DNA from: an uncultured Spirochaetaceae bacterium
GTDB lineage: Bacteria; Spirochaetota; Spirochaetia; Treponematales; Treponemataceae
Assembly (NCBI GenBank): GCA_902783245.1
Contig: CACZQF010000187.1
Span: 1-55,494, forward strand
DNA length: 55,494 nucleotides
Reading direction: 5' to 3'
This document shows, piece after piece, positions 36,699-47,088 of this stretch. A model generated the notes under the pieces. That model saw only the letters and a list, made by a program, of their open reading frames with translations, made no database searches and was not told the DNA's origin. Positions within the stretch are counted from its first letter, which is position 1. Each line of letters starts with the position of its first letter. The position numbers and the translations under genes were made by a program.

Positions 36699-37436
36699 GT
36701 GGTTGTTATAGTTGCAACGCTGTGCGTTATAAACTTATTTCTGTGGTTTTTATTTTTCAATAAATTTACAAAGCTTTTTTCTACAGATGATGTTATCGCG
36801 CGTACACGCTCAGAATTGGATCAGATGATCCGTGATGTGAATAATAATGCTTCCCGTAATATTACTATTCTTGAGGATCGTATCAAACAGCTTAGGGATA
36901 TTATCAACGAGGCTGATCGGCATGTAAACGTGGCACGTTCGGAATTACAGAAACAGCAGGAACAATATTTATATAGCCAGACGGTTGAAAGCGCATTAAA
37001 ACAGTCCTCCAGACAGCCGCAGCCCGCGGGTGGAGCCTCGGGAAAAATGGCCCGTGCAGTTCGGAAGTATAAGCAGAATGCAGTGTTTTCTCAAAGTGAT
37101 CTGTTTCAGGAGTCTGCGGCGGTGCCTGGAACTCCAGTTTCGCTTTCCGCAGGATTCCCTGCTGAGCCTTCTGCCGATATTCCTGCAGAAGCGAGCGGTG
37201 GTACTGCCGCTTCGCAGCCGTTGCATGTAGCGGCTGATGGTACTACTTATAAGACAGTGCCTGTCATTGGTCCTGCGGTGTATGTGTCTGATAATCCTGT
37301 AAAGGTAAAGAAAACATTTGCTGCGCAGGTACAGGAGCTGTACGACCGCGGACAGACTGTAGAAGAGATCGCCACCGCATTGAACAGTTCGATTACTGAA
37401 GTTCAGTTTGTTGTGGATATGAGTTTGGAGGAATAG
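36699..37436 (+). CDS. Membrane-anchored coiled-coil protein with C-terminal HTH-like segment (SwrB/YlxL-like)
   Basis: N-terminal TM, coiled coil, VQELYDRGQTVEEIATALNSSITEVQFVV. Confidence 0.6.
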   Translation: MVVIVATLCVINLFLWFLFFNKFTKLFSTDDVIARTRSELDQMIRDVNNNASRNITILEDRIKQLRDIINEADRHVNVARSELQKQQEQYLYSQTVESALKQSSRQPQPAGGASGKMARAVRKYKQNAVFSQSDLFQESAAVPGTPVSLSAGFPAEPSADIPAEASGGTAASQPLHVAADGTTYKTVPVIGPAVYVSDNPVKVKKTFAAQVQELYDRGQTVEEIATALNSSITEVQFVVDMSLEE

Positions 37437-37438
37437 AA

Positions 37439-38491
37439 ATGCAGGTTACAAAGCAGAAATTCGGAGTCTTGAGTGACGGCTCTAAGGTTACTCTGTATAC
37501 AGTTTCCAACGGCAGAATGTCTTTTTCTGTTATGGATTATGGATGCACCATTACCAGCATTCTTGTGCCTGATTCAAAGGGGGCCGCAGCCGACATACTT
37601 TTGGGGTGGTCAACGTTTGACGGCTATGTAACTGGTAAAGGTTCTTTCAATGCATTTGTCGGCAGATTTGCAAACCGTATCAGCAATGCCCGTTTTACAG
37701 TCGGCGGAAAAGAATATAAGCTTGACGTTAACGATCACAATAACTCTTTGCATGGCGGATTTACACGTTATGAAAAGATGATGTATGAAAGCAGAATTGT
37801 GGAGACAGAGTACGGTACAGGCGTGAAATTCTCACGTTTGAGTCGTGATGGAGAGCAGGGATATCCTGGAAACGTTGCTATAGATATTACGTATACATTG
37901 AATGAATTCAATGAGCTATCTTTGCTGTATACTGCGGCGACAGATGCGGCTACTCCCGTTAATTTTACCAATCATGCATATTTCAATCTTGCGGGTAACG
38001 GTACGATCAACAATCATCTGCTGAAGATGAACTGTACCCGCTATTTGGAAGTAGATCCATGCCTTATTCCCACCGGAAAGCTTCTCTCGGTACAAGGGAC
38101 CCCGCTTGATTTTACAGCAGAAAAAACTGTTGGACAGGATATCGATAAAACTGGAATCGGCGGATATGATCACTGCTTTGTAACTGAAGCATATGATCCT
38201 CATAAAAATGCATTTGAGAATGAAAAACTCGTGCATGTATGTACGCTTACCGATCCTGTTTCCGGACGTACTATGAATATGAGTACTAATCAGATTGGCG
38301 TGCAGCTGTATTCAGGAAATTTTGTGGAAGGAATGATCGGCAAAAACGGCAGATGTTATCACAATCATGAATCAATCTGTCTGGAAAGCCAGTGCTTCCC
38401 TGATACCCCGAATAAATCTGATTTCCCGTCCTGTGTACTTACTCCCGGTGAAAAATACAAATCGCTCACGGTGTATTCATTTTCCTCATAA
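37439..38491 (+). CDS. galM: Aldose 1-epimerase
   Basis: GRFANRI, LHGG, NFTNHAYFNL, GYDHCF, CLESQCFPD. Confidence 0.95.
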   Translation: MQVTKQKFGVLSDGSKVTLYTVSNGRMSFSVMDYGCTITSILVPDSKGAAADILLGWSTFDGYVTGKGSFNAFVGRFANRISNARFTVGGKEYKLDVNDHNNSLHGGFTRYEKMMYESRIVETEYGTGVKFSRLSRDGEQGYPGNVAIDITYTLNEFNELSLLYTAATDAATPVNFTNHAYFNLAGNGTINNHLLKMNCTRYLEVDPCLIPTGKLLSVQGTPLDFTAEKTVGQDIDKTGIGGYDHCFVTEAYDPHKNAFENEKLVHVCTLTDPVSGRTMNMSTNQIGVQLYSGNFVEGMIGKNGRCYHNHESICLESQCFPDTPNKSDFPSCVLTPGEKYKSLTVYSFSS

Positions 38492-38547
38492 TTGAACAAG
38501 TCAATATGATTAAACAAATCAATCGATAACGCCGCGTTTTTTTACAA

Positions 38548-38577
38548 TGCCCGCCGCTGACATTCAGTGACGGGTAT
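38548..38577 (+). terminator. Hairpin downstream of galM
   Basis: TGCCCGCCGCTGA...TCAGTGACGGGTA imperfect stem. Confidence 0.45.
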
Positions 38578-38587
38578 ATAAGCTTGG

Positions 38588-38650
38588 AATCATTTAAATT
38601 ATTTTTAAATGATTTTTTTAGTTGCATTTTCCTCAAAGTGATAGTACAGT
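38588..38650 (+). promoter_or_regulatory. Perfect 11-bp palindrome plus sigma70-like promoter of the V-ATPase operon
   Basis: AATCATTTAAA-N5-TTTAAATGATT (38588-38614), then TTGCAT-N17-TACAGT (38622-38650). Confidence 0.55.
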
Positions 38651-38678
38651 TAAATAATAGTATGATAGAGAGGTTTTA

Positions 38679-39314
38679 ATGGACGTTCAATTACAGGAAC
38701 TGATCGATAAGATCAAGAAAGATGGTGTTGCTACTGCTGAATCATCAGCCTCTGAAATTGTTTCTGAAGCTGAAAAAAAAGCTGCTAAAATCATTGCCGA
38801 TGCTGAAGCCAAGGCTGATAAAATTATTAAGTCCGCCAAGACTGAAACAGAGCGCATGGAAAAAGCCAGCGAGGATGCCATCCGGCAAGCAGGGCGTAAT
38901 TTAATTATTTCCTTCCGGGATAGTGTGACGGCTGAATTGGCTGCGATTATTCAGACAGAAACTGCTAAGGCATATTCTGCGGATGTACTTGCCAAGCTGA
39001 TTCCTGAAACTGTAAAAGCATGGGCGGCCAATTCCGAGGCTAAGGATATTTCCGTTCTGCTCGGTGAAAAAGACCTTGCGGCAGTGGAGAAAAACCTGCA
39101 GGCCGCGCTCAAATCAGAAATCGCAAAAGGACTTGAGCTGAAGTCAGAGAAATCTATTAACGGTGGATTCCGTATCGGTGTAAATAACGGTGAAGCCTAC
39201 TATGATTTCTCTGCTGAAGCTGTAGCGGATCTGTTCTCCGCATATCTTAATCCGAGAACAGCGGCAATTATGAAGTCTGCGGCCGCAGCCGGCGCTGCTG
39301 AGGGTAATGAGTAG
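38679..39314 (+). CDS. V/A-type ATPase subunit E
   Basis: LQELIDKIKKDGV, helical stalk, GGFRIG...YYDFS. Confidence 0.9.
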   Translation: MDVQLQELIDKIKKDGVATAESSASEIVSEAEKKAAKIIADAEAKADKIIKSAKTETERMEKASEDAIRQAGRNLIISFRDSVTAELAAIIQTETAKAYSADVLAKLIPETVKAWAANSEAKDISVLLGEKDLAAVEKNLQAALKSEIAKGLELKSEKSINGGFRIGVNNGEAYYDFSAEAVADLFSAYLNPRTAAIMKSAAAAGAAEGNE

Positions 39315-39862
39315 TGGGTGCACAGTATTATCTGATGGCCCAGCTGCCTGATATTTCTGCTGTCGGCGAAAAACAGGCACTGCCTATAACAGAAGCATAT
39401 TTCCGGGATCTCTGTGCGCGTTTTCTCAGCGCAAAAGGCCGTAAAATACTTGACGGCCTTTCTCTGGTGCCTCCGAATGCAGATGCCTCAACAGGTTCTG
39501 CGTTTGTTGATGCCTGGTATGAGAATGAACGTGCATTGAGACTGGGATTAGCACAGGTTCGGGCATTGTCTATGAAAAAAGAATCAGTGCAGCTGACTGG
39601 TTTTTGCACAGGAGATGTGCTTCAAGCCGCCCGTACGGCGGTCGGTATGAGCAGCCCTCTGGCGGCAGAGCAGTATCTGTATCAGTACAGGCTGAGCTTG
39701 CTCGACAGACTTATGCCTGCCGATGGATTTTCTGAGGATGCTGTTTTTGCCTATGGCATACGGCTTATGCTGACGCAGCGTATAAAGAAATTCAATACAG
39801 AGACAGGTTTGGCTTCGTATCACACGATATATGAGCGGATACTGAATACTAGTGAATGCTAA
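39314..39862 (+). CDS. DUF2764 family protein (probable V-ATPase subunit C counterpart)
   Basis: YYLMAQLP N-terminus, FSEDAVFAYGIRL; between subunits E and A. Confidence 0.75.
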   Translation: MGAQYYLMAQLPDISAVGEKQALPITEAYFRDLCARFLSAKGRKILDGLSLVPPNADASTGSAFVDAWYENERALRLGLAQVRALSMKKESVQLTGFCTGDVLQAARTAVGMSSPLAAEQYLYQYRLSLLDRLMPADGFSEDAVFAYGIRLMLTQRIKKFNTETGLASYHTIYERILNTSEC

Positions 39863-39895
39863 TGTCCTGATGACGGATGTTTTTGGAGAAACTAC

Positions 39896-41665
39896 ATGAC
39901 TGAAACAAAAGGAAAGGTAGTCGGTGTAAACGGAAACATGATTTCTGTTGAATTCAGCGGAAATGTTTCATTGAATGAAGTCGGCTATGTAAAAGTTGGA
40001 GATACTGACCTGAAGAGTGAAGTTATCCGTGTCCGCGGTAATATTGCTCAGATGCAGGTATATGAAATGACGAAGGGCATTATGGCTGGATCGCCGGTAG
40101 AATTTACCGGTAACCTGCTTGCCGTTGAGCTTGGACCAGGTCTGTTGGGACAAGTATACGACGGCCTTCAGAATCCTCTGCCGCTGCTTGCTGAAAAGGC
40201 AGGTTATTTCCTGGAGCGCGGTGTATATGTGGATCCGCTGCCCTATGATCAGAAATGGGATTTTACACCTACTGTAAAAGAAGGCGATACAGTGTACCGC
40301 GGTGATGCCGTCGGTTATGTTCCTGAGGGACCGTTTAATCACAAGATTCTTGTTCCGTTTGATTTTTATGGTACCTATACGGTTAAAAGTATCGCTGCCG
40401 CCGGGGCATATACGGTGAAAGATCAGATGGCCGTTCTTGTTGATGAGAAGGGAAATGAAAAAAAAGTGACCATGAGCTTTAAGTGGCCGGTAAAGCGTGC
40501 CGTTGACTGCTATGCAGAACGTCTTGCTCCTACTGAGACAATGGTTACAAAAACTCGTCTTATTGATACGTTCTTCCCCGTTGCTCGTGGCGGTACCTAT
40601 TGTATTCCTGGTCCGTTCGGCGCTGGAAAAACGGTTATCCAGCATACAACAAGCCGCAATGCAGACGTTGATATTGTAATCATTGCTGCGTGTGGTGAAC
40701 GTGCCGGTGAGGTTGTAGAAACAATTAAGGAATTCCCGGAGTTGAAAGATCCTCGTACCGGAGAATCTTTGATGAAGCGTACGGTTATTATCTGTAATAC
40801 TTCATCAATGCCGGTTGCTTCTCGTGAAGCGTCTGTATATACCAGCGTTACGCTTGCTGAGTACTACCGCCAGATGGGACTGAATGTTCTTCTGCTTGCA
40901 GACTCAACTTCTCGTTGGGCACAGGCTCTGCGCGAAATGAGCGGCCGTCTTGAGGAAATCCCTGGTGAGGAAGCGTTCCCTGCTTATTTGGAATCTTATA
41001 TCGCTGCATTCTACGAGCGTGCAGGATATGTGCGGCTTAGAGACGGCAGTACTGGTTCTGTAACTATCGGTGGTACCGTTTCTCCTGCCGGCGGTAACTT
41101 TGAGGAACCTGTTACTCAGGCAACGCTGAAAGTTGTCGGTGCGTTCCATGGTCTGAGCCGCGAGCGTTCCGATGCACGTAAATATCCTGCCATCGACCCG
41201 TTGGATTCTTGGTCAAAATACAAGAGCGTTATTCGTCAGGACTGGGTAGAATACTCACGTACGCTGCTTAGACGGGGTACTGAAGTTAACCAGATGATGA
41301 AGGTTGTCGGTGAAGAAGGTACAAGCCTTGAGGACTTCATTACATACTTGAAATCTGAGTTCCTTGATGCTGTATATATGCAGCAGGATTCCTTTGATCC
41401 TGTTGATGCTGCCTGTCCCGTTGAGCGCCAGAATTACGTGTTCAAAAAGGTTCTGCAGGTGCTTGGATCGCAGTTCTCCTGTGAATCAAAAGAAGATGCC
41501 CGCTCATACTTCAACAGGTTGCGCCAGAATTTTATTGACTGGAATGTGTCTGCATGGAAGTCAGATGCATTTAACGCAAAAGAAAAAGACATTGACGGTT
41601 TGTATGCCGAGAAAAACGGTAAGTTGTCGGATGATGCGGCAGCCTTGCTGAAGGACGGTGAATGA
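39896..41665 (+). CDS. V/A-type ATPase subunit A
   Basis: [44 protein letters not shown]. Confidence 0.97.
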   Translation: MTETKGKVVGVNGNMISVEFSGNVSLNEVGYVKVGDTDLKSEVIRVRGNIAQMQVYEMTKGIMAGSPVEFTGNLLAVELGPGLLGQVYDGLQNPLPLLAEKAGYFLERGVYVDPLPYDQKWDFTPTVKEGDTVYRGDAVGYVPEGPFNHKILVPFDFYGTYTVKSIAAAGAYTVKDQMAVLVDEKGNEKKVTMSFKWPVKRAVDCYAERLAPTETMVTKTRLIDTFFPVARGGTYCIPGPFGAGKTVIQHTTSRNADVDIVIIAACGERAGEVVETIKEFPELKDPRTGESLMKRTVIICNTSSMPVASREASVYTSVTLAEYYRQMGLNVLLLADSTSRWAQALREMSGRLEEIPGEEAFPAYLESYIAAFYERAGYVRLRDGSTGSVTIGGTVSPAGGNFEEPVTQATLKVVGAFHGLSRERSDARKYPAIDPLDSWSKYKSVIRQDWVEYSRTLLRRGTEVNQMMKVVGEEGTSLEDFITYLKSEFLDAVYMQQDSFDPVDAACPVERQNYVFKKVLQVLGSQFSCESKEDARSYFNRLRQNFIDWNVSAWKSDAFNAKEKDIDGLYAEKNGKLSDDAAALLKDGE

Positions 41666-42960
41666 TGAACAAGGTATACAGCAGAATTGAATCAATTAAT
41701 GGTAGTGTTATCACCGTTAAGGCAACTGGTGTAAAGAATAATGAGCTTGCAGAGATCGAAACTCGTTTCGGAAAATCGCTTGCGGAAGTAAACCGTATAG
41801 ACGGAGATGTGGTTTCGCTGCAGGTTTTTGCAGGCGGCCGCGGTGTTTCAACTGGTGACCATATCCGTTTCCTCGGACATGACATGCAGGTTTCATTCAG
41901 CGATGATTTGCTCGGCCGTATTTTTGACGGTTCTGCAGCTCCTCGTGATAATGGTCCGGAGCTCGCTGAAAATCTTACTGAGATTGGCGGTCCGTCCGTT
42001 AACCCTGCCAAACGTATCATGGCAAAACGCATGATACGTACTGGTATCCCGATGATTGATGTCTTCAATACGCTGGTTGTTTCACAGAAACTGCCTATTT
42101 TCTCAAGTTCCGGTGAACCGTATAACCAGCTGCTTGCCCGCATTGCCATGCAGGCTGAGGTTGATGTCATTGTTCTGGGCGGTATGGGCCTGAAATATGA
42201 TGATTACCTGTTCTTTAAAAAGACTCTGGAAGAGGGTGGCGCATTAAGCCGTACGGTTATGTTCATTCATACTGCCGCTGATCCTACGGTAGAATGTATG
42301 AAGATTCCTGACTTGAGTCTGGCGGTTGCTGAGCAGTTCGCTCTGAAAGGAAAGGATGTTCTGGTACTTCTTACCGATATGACAAACTTTGCGGACTCTA
42401 TGAAGGAAATCGCCATTACGCAGGAACAGGTTCCGTCAAACCGCGGTTATCCCGGAGACTTGTACAGCCAGCTGGCAAGCCGCTATGAGAAGGCCGTTGA
42501 TTTTGATGACGCCGGTTCAGTGACTATTCTTGCGGTAACTACAATGCCGGGTGATGATGTTACACATCCTGTTCCGGATAATACCGGATATATTACGGAA
42601 GGACAGTATTATCTTAAGAACGGCCGTATCGAGCCGTTTGGTTCATTGTCCCGTCTGAAGCAGAATGTGAATGGAAAAACCCGTGATGACCACAGAGCTT
42701 TGATGGACGGTATGATCCGTCTGTATTCAAGCTACAAGGATACACTGGAAAAGAAGTCCATGGGCTTTAATATGAGCGCATGGGATGAAAAGCTTCTCAA
42801 ATATGGCAGCATGTTTGAAAAACGCATGATGGACCTCTCTGTGAATATTCCGCTTGAAAGCGCTCTAGATTTGGGGTGGGAAATCCTTGCAGAATGTTTT
42901 AACAAAGATGAGACGGGTATCAAGACCAGTTTGATTGAGAAACACTGGCCTGCAAAATAA
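41662..42960 (+). CDS. V/A-type ATPase subunit B
   Basis: [40 protein letters not shown]. Confidence 0.96.
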   Translation: MMNKVYSRIESINGSVITVKATGVKNNELAEIETRFGKSLAEVNRIDGDVVSLQVFAGGRGVSTGDHIRFLGHDMQVSFSDDLLGRIFDGSAAPRDNGPELAENLTEIGGPSVNPAKRIMAKRMIRTGIPMIDVFNTLVVSQKLPIFSSSGEPYNQLLARIAMQAEVDVIVLGGMGLKYDDYLFFKKTLEEGGALSRTVMFIHTAADPTVECMKIPDLSLAVAEQFALKGKDVLVLLTDMTNFADSMKEIAITQEQVPSNRGYPGDLYSQLASRYEKAVDFDDAGSVTILAVTTMPGDDVTHPVPDNTGYITEGQYYLKNGRIEPFGSLSRLKQNVNGKTRDDHRALMDGMIRLYSSYKDTLEKKSMGFNMSAWDEKLLKYGSMFEKRMMDLSVNIPLESALDLGWEILAECFNKDETGIKTSLIEKHWPAK

Positions 42961-42972
42961 AGAGGGATTTGA

Positions 42973-43614
42973 ATGGCTAAAATAAAGCTGACAAAAAACG
43001 AGCAGAAAAGCCAGAAAGATGCCCTGAAAATGTATCAGAGATATCTGCCGACTTTGACGCTCAAAAAACAGCAGCTTCAAATGGAAATACGCTCTATTGA
43101 CGCCCGTGCTAAAGAAGTCCGCGCCAAGCGATCAGCTCTTGAAAAAGAGTTTGAGGCTTGGATTGCAGTCTTCGGTGAGACTGAGGCTTTTAAGCCTGAG
43201 ATGGTTACTGTGCGCAATATCCGCAAAGGCACCGGAAATATTGCCGGTGTTGAAATCCCTCTGTATGAGGGAGCAGATTTTAGCCGCGGTGACTATGATT
43301 TGTATGAAACCCCGCTTTGGATTGATATGGCTGCGGATCGTATGGAAAAGGCTCTTTCCTATGATCTTGAAGCAGAAGTGCTTGATGAGCAGGTTCGCCT
43401 GTTGTCTAAGGAACTGCGCACGACAACTCAGCGCGTAAACCTTTTTGAAAAGGTTAAGATTCCCGAGACAAAAGCAAATATCAAAAAGATAAGCATTTAC
43501 TTGGGGGATCAGCAGGTCTCTGCAGTAGTACGCAGTAAGATTTCTAAGAAAAAGCTTCAGCGTGCTGCGGACGAAGCAAAGCAGGCGGAAGTACAACAAG
43601 GAGGGGCTGAATGA
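42973..43614 (+). CDS. V/A-type ATPase subunit D
   Basis: LPTLTLKKQQL, TTQRVNLFEKVKIP. Confidence 0.95.
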   Translation: MAKIKLTKNEQKSQKDALKMYQRYLPTLTLKKQQLQMEIRSIDARAKEVRAKRSALEKEFEAWIAVFGETEAFKPEMVTVRNIRKGTGNIAGVEIPLYEGADFSRGDYDLYETPLWIDMAADRMEKALSYDLEAEVLDEQVRLLSKELRTTTQRVNLFEKVKIPETKANIKKISIYLGDQQVSAVVRSKISKKKLQRAADEAKQAEVQQGGAE

Positions 43615-45527
43615 TCGTACCTATGAAAAAAGTCTCTCTTGTGTTACTTAAAAGAGAGCAAAAACAGGCGCTCGTACAGCTCCGTAAAGCCGGGGTTATG
43701 CATCTGGAATCACTGGAAGGTTCCGGCGAAAAACTGCAGTCTTTAAAGGAATCCTATGAGACGATGCAGGTTGCTTCTTCGATTCTCAGTGAATTGAAAA
43801 AGGCTGCAAAAAAAGGAATTCCGGCTTGTGAGCCGTTGTCCGACGAAGAGATTATCTCTTTGTGCTCTGCTGTTGTTGCCAATGCTGAGCGTAAAAAATC
43901 TTTGCTTGACGCGATCGCTGCGAATACTGTTGAGCTGGAACGTTTTACTGAATGGGGTGAGGTGAACCCGGAAGATTTTGATTATCTTGCTGAAAAAGGA
44001 TTGTATTTCACGCTGTATGAGATACCGAAAGAAAAATACAATCTTATTGGTGATGATGTTAAAGTCTTGATGGTGAATAAAGGAAAGTCGCATGTACATT
44101 TCCTGCTTATCTCTGAAAGCAAAGATGAGCCGCGGCCGGCAGGCCTGCCTGCAGAAGCGTATGCAGTTCCTGTGCCCCGTTGCTCAACCGAACAGCTCAG
44201 GGAAGAGATAAAGGCCGCGCACGCGGAGATCCTTTCTCTGGATGCAGATAATCTTTCCAAGGTTCCGTATGTCGCTGCCATTGCAGAAGTAAGCAAAAAG
44301 CTTGCAGGCGATATAGATTTTGAAAACATCTATACCGGTATGGGAACTGAGGAAGGCGATACATCCGCTTCTTTGGCATGGCTTACAGGGTTTGTGCCTG
44401 TAGATGCGCTGGATACGCTGAAAAAGTCTGCACATGATAATCACTGGGCTTTTGCAATTGCAGATCCTTCTGATGATGATGCAGTGCCGACAAAGCTGAA
44501 GAACAATAAGCTTGTAAGCCTTATTTATCCGCTTACGGACTTTTTGGGAACGGTACCGGGATATCATGAGTATGATATTTCCGGCTGGTTCCTGCTGTTC
44601 TTTACAGTCTTCTTCGGAATGATTTTCGGAGATGCCGGCTATGGTATTCTGCTTACACTGGCAGTGGTTGCCGGTATCTTTAAGACAAAGGCTGCCGGTA
44701 AAAAGGTCGGCCTCGGATTACAGCTCGGTCTTTTGCTTGGTCTCGCCACGGTGGTCTGGGGAACAGTCACCTGCACTTGGTTCGGCCTTGATATGGCTTT
44801 GCTGCCCGGTTGGCTTAAAGAATTCTCCGTCCATCCGTTCTCAAACGCCTATGTTGATTACTACAATGGTGAGAATGGTACTACGACGGTGACGCAGAAC
44901 CTGCAGATTTTCTGCTTCAGTCTTGCGCTTCTCCAGCTTACCGTTGCGCACCTGCATGGTATTGGACGGTACCGCAAGTCCTTGCGTTGTCTTGGTGAAA
45001 TCGGTGCCATGTTCATGCTCTGGGGTATGTACTACGTTGTGCTGTCTGTCGTTGTAAGCGGTATTGTGTTCCCGATGGATCTGGTGCTTGCCGGTATTCC
45101 TGTCGGACTGCTTGCAGAGGGCTTGATCGGCCTCGGGTTTGTACTTAACTTTGTGTTTGCCAATTACGAGGGTAAGCTCGGCGAGTCAATCCTGACCAGT
45201 CTCAAGAACATAATTTCTGTGATTCTGGGTGTGGTGAATGTTTTTTCGGATATCGTATCCTATATCCGTCTGTGGGCCGTTGCGTTGGCAGGATCTGCCA
45301 TATCAGGAACGGTAAATACCATGGCTGGGCCGATGGTCGGACACGCCGTGATGTTCCTGGCGCTTGTGCTGCTGTTGGTTGTAGGACATGGATTAAATAT
45401 CATACTTAATGTACTTTCTGTTGTTGTTCATGGTGTACGCTTAAATACGCTTGAGTTCTCAAACCATTTAGGCATGTCATGGTCTGGATTTAAATACGAA
45501 CCGTTCAGTGAAACGGTTACTAAATAA
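43611..45527 (+). CDS. V/A-type ATPase subunit I
   Basis: MIVPMKKV, FFGMIFGDAGYG, SDIVSYIRLWAVALA, HGVRLNTLEF. Confidence 0.95.
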   Translation: MIVPMKKVSLVLLKREQKQALVQLRKAGVMHLESLEGSGEKLQSLKESYETMQVASSILSELKKAAKKGIPACEPLSDEEIISLCSAVVANAERKKSLLDAIAANTVELERFTEWGEVNPEDFDYLAEKGLYFTLYEIPKEKYNLIGDDVKVLMVNKGKSHVHFLLISESKDEPRPAGLPAEAYAVPVPRCSTEQLREEIKAAHAEILSLDADNLSKVPYVAAIAEVSKKLAGDIDFENIYTGMGTEEGDTSASLAWLTGFVPVDALDTLKKSAHDNHWAFAIADPSDDDAVPTKLKNNKLVSLIYPLTDFLGTVPGYHEYDISGWFLLFFTVFFGMIFGDAGYGILLTLAVVAGIFKTKAAGKKVGLGLQLGLLLGLATVVWGTVTCTWFGLDMALLPGWLKEFSVHPFSNAYVDYYNGENGTTTVTQNLQIFCFSLALLQLTVAHLHGIGRYRKSLRCLGEIGAMFMLWGMYYVVLSVVVSGIVFPMDLVLAGIPVGLLAEGLIGLGFVLNFVFANYEGKLGESILTSLKNIISVILGVVNVFSDIVSYIRLWAVALAGSAISGTVNTMAGPMVGHAVMFLALVLLLVVGHGLNIILNVLSVVVHGVRLNTLEFSNHLGMSWSGFKYEPFSETVTK

Positions 45528-45554
45528 CCGCTGATTGGCGGATAGGAGAAAATT

Positions 45555-45980
45555 ATGAATTTTGGAATGCTTGGTGCTGCAGTTGTAATGGGTATTGCCG
45601 CTTTTGGTTCTGCTATGGGTTTAGGAATCGCCGGACAGGGGGCTATCGGAGCATGGAAACGCTGTTATCTTAACAACAAACCCGCTCCTTTTATCCTCAC
45701 GGTTTTTGCAGGTGCACCCCTTACACAGACTATCTATGGTTTCTTGACCATGCAGACAATGGTTACCTCCACTAAGGATCCCTGGTTCCTGCTTGGTTTG
45801 GGAATTGCTTCCGGTCTTGCCATGGCAATGTCTGCAATCGCACAGGGAAAAGCCGGTGCTGCAGGTTCTGATGCACTTGGTGAAACTGGTAAAGGTTTCT
45901 CTCAGTACATTATGGTCGTTGGTCTTTGCGAAACCGTTGCTCTGTTCGTAATGGTTTTCTCAATGATCGTTGCCGGTTAA
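45555..45980 (+). CDS. V/A-type ATPase subunit K (4-TM proteolipid)
   Basis: PLTQTIYG, AIAQG, GLCETVALF. Confidence 0.93.
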   Translation: MNFGMLGAAVVMGIAAFGSAMGLGIAGQGAIGAWKRCYLNNKPAPFILTVFAGAPLTQTIYGFLTMQTMVTSTKDPWFLLGLGIASGLAMAMSAIAQGKAGAAGSDALGETGKGFSQYIMVVGLCETVALFVMVFSMIVAG

Positions 45981-45993
45981 TTGAGGTTCATAG

Positions 45994-47088
45994 ATGTTTA
46001 AGACTCCGCGTACTATTTCTATAGGCGGCGCGGGGAAAACAAAACGGATTGTAATGGGAGGCTCTAATCCTGTTACAATCCAGACTATGTGGAAAGAGGG
46101 CATTGCTGGTATTGAGAAAGACAGCAGTGCCCTTTCTGCATTATTGCAGCGCATAGACGTTTTGCAATCCCTGGGCTGTGATATCCTGCGTTTTGCCGTG
46201 CCCGATACCCCGAGCGCACAGGCACTTTGTGCCATTGCAGAGCAGACAAGCATGCCGCTCGTTGCAGATATCCATTTTGACTACCGGCTTGCCCTGGAAT
46301 GTCTTAAGGGAAATGTCGCTGTAATTCGTATCAATCCTGGCAATATAGGAAGCCGTGACCGTGTTGAAAAAGTTGTAGCAGCCTGTAAAGATAAGGGGGC
46401 TGCGATTCGGATCGGTGTAAATACTGGTTCTTTGCCTAAAGAGCTTGCCGAGCAGGTAGAATGCGGTACATTAGACCGCGCAAAGGCACTGGCAATAACT
46501 GCTGCACGTGAAGCTGCTGTTCTTGATGAGCTTAACTTTACTAACGTAGCGGTCAGTATGAAGGCTTCAAGCGTAAAAGAAACTGTTGATGCTAATGAAG
46601 CATTTGCATCTGAATATGATCTGCCGATTCATGTCGGTGTTACAGAAGCAGGCCCGCTTATAACCGGAATTGTTAAATCTACCATTGCTTTTACAACACT
46701 TCTGAACGAAAATATCGGCAGTACTATTCGTGTTAGTCTTTCTTCTACACCGGAAAACGAAGTCATTGCCGGTAAAGAAATCCTCCGAGAATGTGGTAAA
46801 CGTAGCGGCGGGGTACATATCGTTTCCTGCCCACGGTGCGGACGGCAGGGATTTGATGTTCACGGTTTCGTGAACCGATGGCAGAATGAGCTGCTTTCTA
46901 TGGACAAAGATATTACTGTTGCTGTCATGGGATGCATTGTCAACGGTCCGGGGGAAGGAAAACATGCCGATATCGGTATTGCAGGTGCTGGCGGTAATGC
47001 GATTATTTTTAAAAAAGGAAAAATAATACGTACTGTTGCTGATAAAGATGCCGATAAAGTATTTAGGGAAGAATTGGAATCTTTGTGA
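45994..47088 (+). CDS. ispG: (E)-4-hydroxy-3-methylbut-2-enyl-diphosphate synthase
   Basis: VADIHFDY, RINPGNIG, RIGVNTGSL, GVTEAG, SCPRCGR, MGCIVNGPGE. Confidence 0.96.
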   Translation: MFKTPRTISIGGAGKTKRIVMGGSNPVTIQTMWKEGIAGIEKDSSALSALLQRIDVLQSLGCDILRFAVPDTPSAQALCAIAEQTSMPLVADIHFDYRLALECLKGNVAVIRINPGNIGSRDRVEKVVAACKDKGAAIRIGVNTGSLPKELAEQVECGTLDRAKALAITAAREAAVLDELNFTNVAVSMKASSVKETVDANEAFASEYDLPIHVGVTEAGPLITGIVKSTIAFTTLLNENIGSTIRVSLSSTPENEVIAGKEILRECGKRSGGVHIVSCPRCGRQGFDVHGFVNRWQNELLSMDKDITVAVMGCIVNGPGEGKHADIGIAGAGGNAIIFKKGKIIRTVADKDADKVFREELESL

